Source: Choristocarpus tenellus KU-1152 (taxonomy: Eukaryota; Protista; Phaeophyceae). Taken from it: DNA of 47,348 bases. Position 1 is the first letter of the stretch, and the number at the start of each line of letters is the position of its first letter. A program made the translations under genes and the position numbers. Below are positions 24,701 through 35,292 of the stretch, in pieces. The notes under the pieces were generated by a model. That model searched no databases. It was not told the origin of the DNA and saw nothing but the letters and a program-made list of their open reading frames with translations. The stretch is from positions 1-47,348 of the forward strand of contig CAXNAD020000017.1 of NCBI GenBank assembly GCA_964200185.2, read 5' to 3'.

Positions 24701-27700
24701 TATCCCCTTTCATGGTCAATAGAGCCTGTGCCTTTCATGCTGCCCTCAGTGGGATTAGAAGATCTGCAGTGCTTTTTCCCCTGGCTTGCTCTCGCTTCCT
24801 GTCTCCCTTTGTGAAATCTAGTTGGGTTCAGCACAAATATTACAGGACTTTGGTGGAGCAAGTGCTGAAGTGAAGAGGCAGGGTGGTTGACCCACTACTC
24901 ACATTGACTTGTTTGTGATATATACCAGGGATACCAATGCTTACAAACTTTCCTTCTGTCACAATGGTGAGCAAACTGGAGCTGGAAGGTACAAGATTCG
25001 GGACACCGAAGTATGACAAAACTGCATGATGTGAGTTTTGATTTTCATTGTCAAGCGGTGTGTTTTGGTTTTGATTATCCAAAATCCACATGGCAACTGC
25101 TAAGAGTCATACGCCTGTACTGCCCTTTCTGTTGCTATTCCATAATATGCAGGGTAACTGTTTTGAGGTAAGCAGGGCTTCATAATGGAGGGATGATGTG
25201 GTGAGTACTGCACTGCAATGTATTTGAAGGTTTGAGGGAGAAGAAAAAGTAATTAGCAGTGGGATGGCTGAGCCCAATGTTTAAGAAGTAAGGCGTGTGC
25301 GAAGCCAGTACATTTAGTTGTACTACGGAATGAACTAGATAGTAGGAATCAAAACTCAGTTCCTAGGCCACTTTTGTTCATCATATTAGACCCAAAATCC
25401 ATCTTGTATGTCACTCTTCCATGCATCACTATTAAAAGGGAAGCCCTCACAATCTAATGGCGCTGACCAGTGCACTGAAAAGGTAAGGGTCCTGGAATTC
25501 AGCAGGTATTTACTAATTCGGTGCAGGGGAGTCTTAGTCCTTGCACAGTGGCACTTGGATATTGATCCATCTGTTTTAGGGTTGTCTAATCCGGCATGAT
25601 ATAATTGCCACCTGATAGCATCCAATGAGACAATGGATTCTTGCATGTGTTACCTGGGAACCCTGTTCTCAGTGGCTAGTGGGGGTTTGCCGCTATTCAA
25701 AGTTATTCACAAAATATATATGATCCCACATGAGGAAATCACAATTGAGGTTCTGAGGCCTTTGCAACAAGATGGATCATGGCAATAAGGGCAAGTCGAT
25801 ACCACAATCTACTGATGTTGAGTGGTGCATTGGAAAGATCACATCCCTTGCATTCTACAGGTATACCTTTTTTACTATAGAGGAATCCTAGTGGTTGCAC
25901 AGTGGCACATAGAATTTGAGAGGTCGGTGCAGGGATGCACTGATTGAGTTGGGAATAATCTGAACCTAATGGCATCCAATGAAGTGGAGGATTCTTGCAT
26001 GTGCTAGCTCAAAACTGTGTGCTTTACCTCACGGTCTTCTATTTACACAGTTCAAAGCCAGTCATGAGATACAAGTGATCCTGCACAGGGGTATCAAGTT
26101 TGGAGTTGTGAAGACTTTGCGAGAGGCTGTATCATGTAGAAGCTCAATCTTGGAAAGAATGTGGGTCAGGGACTAAATTTGCAAAAGGGGAAGAAGGCAA
26201 AACCTGAGTTATTGCTACCCTTGGATGAAGGTTCCAAATGTACCTGGATGAAGAAGTTGAACCTCAAGACAACTAATGAGGAAGAAGATAAGGAACTGAG
26301 GGAGGAGAATCTCATTGCTCGCCCAAAATTGGGGATTGCATCGTCCAAGTGTTAAGAGATTGATGAGGATGTACAAGAGAACGATGAAGAGCAGAAGGAA
26401 GATGTGGATAAAAATGTGGATGGGGTCATGGCAGCCCTTGGATTTTAAAAAGTGAAGGGCCCATGTGAAGACAAAGCACTTCAATGTTACAATTCTCCGG
26501 TAACCCAAATATCAACCAAATTTATGGCCTGGAAGACCTGTCCCAAACATTAACATGCAGGGATACATATTTCTTGTTGTCTGCTATGAGCATAATGTTC
26601 AAAATGCTTGCTCTCTTTCCTCTTCATGCCTTGTACACTACTAAAATCTTATAAAATACTTGAAAATACTTTAAACTGCTTCTACTTCATGACCATCCTG
26701 ACAGTAAATGGTGTGTTTCTTGAATAGTTAGTGCATCACTTCCAACAGCACCACTAATACCCACATCAACATTTTGACATATGCTCTCTGCCAGTATATT
26801 CTTCCTCATGTAAAACATTAAAATATCACTATTTTCCCAGTAATGTGTAGTTTCCACCCCATTCTAACACTCTCAAAAATACCTGATATAGCTTCATACC
26901 ATGCACTACCTTTCAAAACTCAGTTTTAGGCTCATACCACCAGATGCCGTTTGCCTTCAACTTTCAAATCATAAACCTCTTATTTGATTGGACCAAGAAG
27001 AACACAAGAAAAGTGATAGCAATATTACTACTTTCCACTTTCCTTGCATGCCATTGCAGAAGTCCATTCATCACTGCATAGTACTATGAGAAGTACTGCA
27101 GTAGGTAGCACCTTTGGGCTAGTCCCCTGACTAAAGTAAAGATAATGTATGTATTGTAACATGTAAGTGTGTGGCCTCTTCTTGGTATGTTGGTTCAGAG
27201 TGATAGGAATCAGTTTTTGAACTCGAATGAACAGAACCCTTTTTACCCAGGAAAGGATGAATACAACATTAATCTTACCGTCTATAGCAACGAAGCATGT
27301 CACTGAGTGCTCGCCTCGAAGAATTTCTCGCCCACAGTGGAAGGTCATCCCGCCGAGCAATACATGCAGCTGCACTGTGCTCGTCCAATGTTGAGGTTGC
27401 TCCTGCAACATCCTTCAGACCAAAAGTGTTTGTTTTGTCCAGCATCTGGTCCTGTTCGGCCATAATGGCCTCCCGATAAGATGGGTGTGGTGTTGAGTAA
27501 GGGTCACAATGTGACCCTAGTGCACATACTCTACCTGAGATTTGAGGGTATCGTGCCTCTTGACTTTCCCCTTGGACTTTCTCCTCACCATGGCCTCCTT
27601 TGTTCCCAGGGTGGATTTCTAGTCTTGGCGACATCAATTGAGAAGGCTCAACACAGTCAGTCCACTTCCTGATTAAAGATGAATCACAACTGCCTCCTTT

Positions 27701-29414
27701 AGGGTCTACCCCTCCTTCCACACTCACATCCAGCTGCTTAGAGATGAACGTCTGGGCAGCACTTGCAGTCTTGTTGCAAGTGTTGCCAAAACTCATGCAA
27801 AATCTATCCAGATCTGCTGCACGAAAGAAAGCAGCACTCCCCTGTCCAATAATCCTTAGCACAATGGCTGCAGCATCAGGTGCTATCCCAATGCCAAGTC
27901 GTGCCAGTCCATCCTGCAGTCCATTCACATCAACATATCTGCAGGTGGAAGTTTCATAATTTAAAATTACTTTCAGCAACAAAGTGGTTAAATTACACAT
28001 TCATGAGGAACACATTCCTGCCACAGCTTCCAAGATATCTGTGTGTAACCTACCCAATGCTAAGAGAGTCGAAGTGAGCGAACACATCCTGTATACCCAC
28101 ACCCTGCTCTGCTGCCACTTGAAGCATCTGCTTCAGCTCTGTCGCCACCAACTGTGCTGCATCATATGCTTGTTGTGATTCTGCTTCGTGTTGCAAGACC
28201 ATGTCCACCTTGGAAGAGGAGAGTTGTACCACCTGTATATCTTCAGAGTGCGAGAACCAGAGCTTCCCACAACCATCCACAATGAAGACAGCTCGCATTT
28301 GAACCAATGTTGGTGACTCTAACTGCCTTGACATCGATGTCAATCTTATTTTTTCTTGTTGTACATAGGCTTCCATAGCATGGTTGGCAATGGCCTTTGT
28401 CAGCATGTTTAGCCCAACATTATCTGGTCCATTCCGTAGACTTCCACCGGCGCCAAAAAGAGTCTGTTGTGGGGACACAAACCATATCCCTGTAAAGGTT
28501 GAGGCTTCCAGTTTTGCGTGACACAGAGAGGTGTGATTGAGTGCCTGTCATGGTCTACTCTTTGCGCATATTGCTGGTCAGAATTTCATCTTTTTTAGGA
28601 CCTACCTGAGCCAACCTACACGCCTCTTTCTGCAACAGATTGAAGTTACTTTGCGACTACACATACAACAGAATTCGTCAGTGTCATACTCAGCTGCCAT
28701 CATGCTTACATCATCTTCATGATGGTAAAATCCATGCTCCACTTTCTGTGGGGCTATGTACGCCTGCAGGGCCATCAGTTGAGCCCTCCACCTTGGATGA
28801 TCAGCAAGACGACAAAGTTGGGAATCACTCAGCACCTCCTTTCCACCATCTACGTACCAAGCCTGCAGTAGACACATTAATGGTGGGCAGCATGGCTCAT
28901 TCTTAATGTTTCTTCCATCAAAAGTTTCCCAGGACTTTTTGATTAATTTTTTTATCTAATGTTACCGAACAATCTGTTCGTGTGATCTTACCACACACAA
29001 CGGAGTGCTCGTTGTCACCAAGACCTCTGCTGGGTGATAGCACTTCCACCTTTCTCGGAGACCTTCAACGATACTGTAGATCGAGACACCTCGACGGTTT
29101 CTCTTCTCCTTGGTGGACTTATAATTGCCATAGGACGGCATTTGGTTCCTCTCTATGTTCGTTCGATATAATTCACGAGCTTCTCGCGTGGCAAGAATGC
29201 CCTTTTCTGAAGAGTATAACCACAGTTGTGGCTCACCACCCCCGAAAATAACTGTATCAGGTAAAGACAATTTGATGCATGGTAGGAACTTATCTCCACC
29301 CTCGGCAATTTCCTGTAACGCACATGCGTGCCATAGGTAGACAAACACCCATGCCCATCCCATTTCGCTTGTGACCCTGTCCGTCACCTCCAACTGATTG
29401 CCGGAAGACATCAT
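9722..29414 (-). CDS. Very large multi-exon protein: degenerate EF-hand pair, NDRG-like alpha/beta-hydrolase fold, long coiled coils, 4x internal repeat, two C-terminal IQ motifs
   Basis: Chain of long minus-strand ORFs bounded by GT/AG sites. Many junctions check in phase: PLCV|AWYVDG, SIG|YVDV, EGKF|HLLH, KLLL|VGLL, FVK|YGRQ, SVE|CLQE, HYIR|YCEA, HIQ|DEKK, AEK|IRSK. IQ motifs LQRVYRGHIMRK (~10036-10001) and IQRLMRGCRGRR (~9925-9890); stop at 9722. Junctions across 27280-25100, 15915-13535 and 11025-10220 are not resolved, so a split into two genes cannot be excluded. Confidence 0.75.
11424..11539. repeat. Perfect 58-bp tandem duplication (intronic)
   Basis: ttggtgtgcttgatggaatagaatatactgaagaatgacaccaactaggactgtgttt at 11424-11481 and 11482-11539. 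Confidence 0.95.
13947..13993. repeat. 22-bp tandem duplication (intronic)
   Basis: tatcctttcagacacagtgctc occurs twice, followed by tat. Confidence 0.95.
14703..14734. repeat. (GATAGTCT)4 minisatellite
   Basis: Four exact 8-bp units. Confidence 0.95.
15047..15101. repeat. (ATGGTATTTGT)5 minisatellite
   Basis: Five 11-bp units, two with single substitutions. Confidence 0.9.
25435..26140 (+). pseudogene. Fossil coding sequence with two tandem ~118-aa homologous units, antisense inside an intron of the giant gene
   Basis: Unit 1 from 25435: KGKPSQSNGADQCTEKVRVLEFSRY..RGVLVLAQWHLDIDPSV..LIASNETMDSCMC..FKVIHKIYMIPHEEITIEVLRPL. Unit 2 from 25787: KGKSIPQSTDVEWCIGKITSLAFYRY..RGILVVAQWHIEFERSV..LMASNEVEDSCMC..FKASHEIQVILHRGIKFGVVKTL. 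Both units contain stops or frameshifts. Confidence 0.65.
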
Positions 29415-29685
29415 TTCTACACCTAGATGATAGTTTTGTTTACTTTTTAAAGGGAGTATGCAAAGTCAAAAGTAGACTTTCGTTTGCTTCCACACACCAA
29501 TCCTGCATGTCACGTACATCTGAAGAAGAAAAATCAAGCTCTCCCTTTGGGTGATACGAAGAGGACTCGATGTTTGTGAGAGGATAATCTTCGGGAAAAA
29601 ACGCCTGAAACGGTCAGACATTGGCAAAAAATCTCAAAAGAGTTTGCTGTTCGCTTTTCTCACCGAGAGCATAACGCCAGGAGAT
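29415..29685. promoter_or_regulatory. Putative bidirectional promoter (271 bp between divergent ATGs)
   Basis: Predicted starts at 29414 (-) and 29686 (+); both first exons are locally CpG-rich. No specific core motif is asserted. Confidence 0.5.
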
Positions 29686-32600
29686 ATGGCGAAAAGCTCA
29701 GTAAATACAGGACCGAGCATATCTTCTACTAGCTCCATCCCTCTCATAAGCGCCCGTGGGTCACCAACTCCTACGGCGTTATTTCTACAGGGTCGACCGC
29801 TTAGTTCGACCCTTAGTTCACCACAATTGCAGCCCACTCCACCATCTGGTCCACCGCCGAGTTCAGCCGTCAGCGCCCCAAAGTCATCCCTGAATCTATT
29901 GGAGGCATTTGGATTACGACTTCCCACAATCACATCTCGAAAAACGGGCATCACACCCGATCCTGCAAAGTCACAAGCCCCAACGGACGCAGCTGCACGG
30001 GCCTGGCGCGAAAAAGTGGATGCCCTTAGGACACGAGAGGCGGAGGCGGAGGCGGATGCACGTAAACGAATAGAGGAGATATCACGACGAGGCACGCATG
30101 GGGAATCGATTATGAAGGCTTTGGCAGAAGCACAGGATTTCGCCAATGTTAGAGAGGAAGCAGAGAGGAAAATTGAGGCAGACCTCAAGAATATCCCAGA
30201 TGAGGTGCAGGGAACCTTGGAACAACAAAGCGAGGGGCGAGAAGCAGGTGAGGGACGTGGAAAAGGAAGTCCAGGACTGATCACCAGCATTGACAGTAGC
30301 TTAGTAGACGAGAAAGGACCAGTACCAGTCCTGCAGACACAAATCGGTGCTCGAAAGACTGAGGCTGAGCAAATGGTCCAATCAAATGGACTGGAGTGTA
30401 CCAATTCACAAGATCATTGCCAGACTGGGGGAAAAGTGAGGACGGAGGAAGAGCTTCGAGGCATAGTTGAAAGAGCCAGAACACAGGAGGCTGAGGCACG
30501 GGCTCGGGTGGACAGACACATAGAAGCGGTGGCAACACAACCTGAACAACGCCTCACACTGCAGCAAATCCTTGCTGAAACTGAGCGGCATACTAGGGAG
30601 CGAATAGCGGCAGAGGCGCAACTTAAAGCTGAGGAGGAGGCAGCCGAGAAAGCTGAGCAGGAAACTCGGGAGCAAACTAAGGCAAAGCGTATGGCAGAGG
30701 TCAGGCTTGCAGCAGAGAGTGCAGCAGCTCTGCTCGCACATGAAGAAGTGTCAAAGGCAGGGGAGAAGGGAGTCTCGACAGAATCAGCAGCCAAGGCTGA
30801 AAGGGGAGAGATCGTGATGGCTATGGCAGCCATTGATGAGGCAAAGCGGAAGCGTGTAGAGGCAAAAGGGAAAAGGCTTCATGCTGAAGGGGGGGTAGAA
30901 GAGCAGGTGTGAATTAGTGTACTATTTTTCCTGTTTCGTTAGTAACTTCACCTCTGATGGTGATGGTCGGTCACAGGTGAGGGACAATTCTCACAAAAAG
31001 GGTGACCTTCATCATAATGCTGTGGATATTCCTCACTTTCTTTTGGCTCACAAACTTGTTGGTAGGTTCGAAGAAAACGTGAGCATATGTTGGCACAGAT
31101 CACATCTGAACGAGGTAAGATGCAGGAATTGGATAGGGAGGCGAAGATACTGGCTACTAAAAGGGAAGCTTTGGAAGCTCGCCAAAAAGATGAGGTTCAA
31201 GAAGCTGCAAGGAAAAGCACAACAGGCAGTAATCTCCAGGAAAGGATGCCAGCAAATAATGCAGAGATGGAAAATTTGGAGCGAGTAAACAATGAGCTCC
31301 AGCAAGGCCATGTCATATTTTCCAGCAACCTGGAAAATTGTGAGGAGCTAACCGACCTAGGCGAAAATGCCCCAAAAATGGAGGCCGAAAAGGAGGGGGT
31401 GAGGTTAATATTAAATCTTCAGTTTGCCTGGAATGTTGTCCGACATCACAAAAAAAGGAGCCAAAGTAAACGAGAGGTACCCAGGGTTGCACTTTTAGGA
31501 TCGCTGAAAATATGTATGTGAAATTCGGCTTTTTTAACCAAAAATATATGTAAAATTTGACTGTTTTACAAATGCATGTTGGAAATTTCTTGATTCTGTA
31601 GAAAGGTTTCAAACAGTAGAGAAATCAATGATCTCTAGTCAATTTTGACACTTCATCCATACAAATATGGGTGGATCGCAAAACGGCCATAAGATGGGTA
31701 CCTCTTGTTTACGTTGACTCAAGGTTTGCTTGTTCCCTCACACAACTTTGTGTACCATTGGCACAGGTGATTGACAAGCAAATGAGGCGGCAAAATAAAA
31801 AAGAAGAGCTAATGAAGAAGCGGCGGCAGATGGAGGCAAGACTAAAAGAGGAAGCAACAAAGATGGCGCAGCTAAGTGAGAGTGCAAAAAAAAAGGGAGA
31901 GAGCAAGCTCATTAGTGAAGAAGCTAAGAGAGAAGCTCAAGAACTGGTCCAGGCAGAGGCTCTAGCAGTTGCAGAGCTCGAACGCCAAGCTGCAGAGATG
32001 GCTCTACAGAGGGCTGAGATGGAGAGACAACTGGAGGTGGAGAAGAAAGAAAAGGCTGCAGAGATACAAGCTACATCTTCAGCCCTGAAAGCAAAGAGGG
32101 AAGAAATGGAGGCCAAAATGCAGCGTGAAGAACAAGAGCTTCAGAGTATGAGTGAAAGTGCTAAGCGCAAGGCAAGCTGTCATCTTCAGGGAGGCATGTA
32201 ACACACAACTCAATACTGTAAAGCTGTGCTGGGGGAGGGAGCCTTGGGTTTCCCCTGGTCATCTAACTCTCATTTCCTAGGAACGATAATGGTGTGGTTA
32301 ATCCTGTTTGAATTGTGGATAAACTCCCCTGTTTGAATATCTCTCACGATTTGTTTAGTGTTCCATACCATCCAATATTTGATTAATCCTATTAACTGTA
32401 ATGAATGAAGGTTGAGGACAAGATGCTAGCAGAGGCAAATGCCATTGCATGTATGGAACGTAGGGCAGCTGAAATGGCTGCAAAACGGGCTGAGTTGGAG
32501 GATAAAGTGTCACGAGAACAAAAGGTTGATGGCACCCTCATGCAAGAGTCAGAAAAGCTTGAACACAAGAGAGAGGAAATGGAGGCCAAAATATTGCTAG

Positions 32601-35292
32601 AGGAAGAGGAGCTTGAGAGGCTCAGCATGGAAGCAAGGAATCGTGTGGCAGAAAAAATGGTCTCAGAAGCAGCTGCTATCGCCGAAATGGAGAAACAGGC
32701 TGCTGAGCTAGCTCAGAGGCGGGCAGAACTGGCCATGGCCATTGCTGCCCAGCAGTCTGTACTGGACCAAGAAGAAGTTGAGATGGTGGCAGAAATCAAC
32801 CAATCAGATGACGTGGTAGGCAAGTTAAACAAATTTGATTCCAACAGTGGCATAGGCGAATCTGACGACTTGTGCAAAACTCACGAGCAACAGATAGTAG
32901 CTGAGACTACTGAACCAACAAGTGTCAGGTTTATCACCAGCTCAAAGTCACTCTATGATCTAATGGCAGCTGATCAATCTAACGAGATCCTAAGCAATAT
33001 CACTGATGTTGCTGAGGACCCCGGAGAAGAAAGTGGGGATCTAGATCTTGCTGAGATGGGCACAGTTTCTGGAGAAGTTCCACAATTAAATATATGTGAA
33101 GAGTGCCTGGCCAATCAAGGAGGACTCCCACCTGCTCACTTTGCTGCTGCTGCTGGACATGTTGCTTGTCTCTGGGAAATCCAGGCCGTCAACCCAGAGC
33201 TGCTTGTGTTGCTGGATGCAGCTGGGCGGACCCCACTCTTCTACTCATGTGCAAACGGCCATGCCGATGCAACTAGGCTACTATTACAGGAGGGTCCACA
33301 GTGCTGTCACCTTGTTGACACTAACCAGGACACTCCTCTACATGCTGCTGCCCTGGCTGGGTCTGTACAGTGTACAAGGCTCTTGCTCCAGCAGGGCATT
33401 GCTGAAGCAGAGCCACAGAATGCTCTGCAAATGACCCCTGCTCATCTTGCTGCCAACAATGAGACACTTGAGGTCCTTTCACAACATGGTGCTAGTCTCA
33501 ATGCCAAGGTGAGGGGAAATATTGTCTCGCACCTTAGAATCATCTATCCTTGATATTTGATCTTTCTTTGTTGGATGTTATTGCAGTTCACTACTGTCTG
33601 TCTTTTTATATCAATCAAATAAAAGTAATAGGAACTGTTTTGGTACCAGTTGTGGCAAGGGTGACGATGATATTGACAATAATCTTAAGAGCAATATCGA
33701 CAATGAAAACATCAAGTCTAAGTTCCTTTGAGACATCTAGGACTTTTTAGATAGTCGAGGCCAGTATTTGAGGGCACTGATGTCCTATCTGAGATTCAAA
33801 TCAATAATCATATTAGTCCATTTCTATCTTGTCAACTCTCTGCGTGAGTTTCTTCCCTGCCTAGGACCAGGATTTACGTACCCCGCTATTTATTGCATGT
33901 GCCACTGACCGAGTGGAGAAGGCAGAGTTCCTATGTGAACTATTGGACTGTGCTGGTCAAGATTTGGGTGAATCAGACAAGCGAGGTGACACTCCCATGC
34001 ATGCAGCCAGCTGCAATGGAAGCACAGCATGCCTGCTCCTGCTCCTCCAGTATGGGGTACAACCTGATGTGCGAAACAAGAAAGGACTGCGTCCAATCGA
34101 CCTTGCTGCACGGAGGGGTCGCTCAGCATGCGAAAAAGTCCTTTTGGAGTACCAGCTGCATCACCATGTCAACAACTCCTATTTCGATTCAGTACTCTTC
34201 CTTGCAACTCTTGAGGTGATGCCAATTCACTGGATTTACCCTCTATAACGGGCTTCGGTGCCTGCAGAGAAGGCTGGGTGAATATGGCATTGGACTTATA
34301 ATGTACCAAGAGAGTCAACACACATGCAAAGCAGGTTCAGACGAACAGGATGGCAGAATATGAATGCAACTTGTTTGAGAAATTCAGTGCACATTTAAGG
34401 GATAGCAACTACCACCAAATTGACCCAGTATTTCCAGAATTGTTGTGTGTAGGTGCCAAGATTTTTATTTTTTGTGAATGGAATGACGTATCACAGGCAG
34501 GAGGACCATTGCCCAATTTCATTGCAGTCTTGTTTACACTTCCAACAACAATAATGCCATACCCCTCCATTAACTCAGGGACACAAGAAATGTAAAGAGG
34601 AGCTCTCTGATTGCGTACCCTATGAGATAATCAAGCCTGCAGCCAAGGCCAATACTTCACAAAATCTTGACCGAACTGAGTCAGTGATGTCATTACGACA
34701 TGGGCGCTCAGTGCGTCTGAAGCAGTGGGGAGACTGGATAGCATATGAGGACCAAGACATCCGTCATGTGTTTTGGTACAACCATGTTGCACGAACTTCG
34801 CAATGGGAGAAGCCAGATGGGGTAGATGACAGGGAAGAACATCAAAATCAAGATGGTGATACTGAAAACAAGCAATTGGTTGCCAATGCTTCTATGAGGC
34901 TGAGGCGAGAGGGTGAGTGGATACAGTACACATTGCCTGATGGGAACGTGTTCTACTACAATGACACTACAAATAATTTTCAGTGGGAACGTCCATCAGA
35001 ACTTGGTCCAGCCACAGATCCAGCTATAGGGCTTGGGTTGTTGGATGAGTTTGAAGGGAAACCGCAGGAAGATACGCCTGGTGACACGGGTAGCTGGGGT
35101 GCATTTAAAGATCCTGCCACAGGTATGATCTTCTGGTACAACCATGAGACAGGGCAATCTCAGTGGGAGCCCCCAGAGGAAATAGTTGATGTAGGAGAGG
35201 AATTGGGATGTGTTGAAGATAGGAAGCAGGCAATAGAAGAAGAAAATGTCAGGAGAATTGAAACAGTTGATGACCTTTTCACTCCACGATGA
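29686..35292 (+). CDS. Coiled-coil + ankyrin-repeat + 3x WW-domain protein (6 exons)
   Basis: Exons 29686-30906, 31066-31398, 31767-32171 (GC donor), 32411-33508, 33865-34215, 34579-35292, all phase 0. Ankyrin motifs GLPPAHFAAAAGH, GRTPLFYSCANGH, DTPLHAAALAGS, MTPAHLAA, LRTPLFIAC, GDTPMHAASCNGS, GLRPIDLAARRG. WW motifs W..FWYNHVARTSQWEKP, W..FYYNDTTNNFQWERP, W..FWYNHETGQSQWEPP. Confidence 0.9.

Noticed and set aside
25386-26006. Mutually exclusive duplicated exons of the giant gene (minus-strand HMQES..SLDAIR..CHCA peptides)
   Set aside because: Both copies are preceded by an in-frame stop, lack consistent splice sites, and conservation is better explained by the plus-strand frame.
29551-29685. 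N-terminal extension of the ANK-WW ORF from GTG 29551
   Set aside because: The ORF caller used a non-ATG start. The first in-frame ATG is 29686, and the extension lies in the intergenic spacer.
29634-30833. Long antisense ORFs (256 aa, 139 aa) opposite the coiled-coil exon
   Set aside because: Shadow ORFs caused by Glu/Ala/Arg codon bias, with no motifs. The same applies to the antisense ORFs at 21933-22442, 15935-16297 and 44382-44720.
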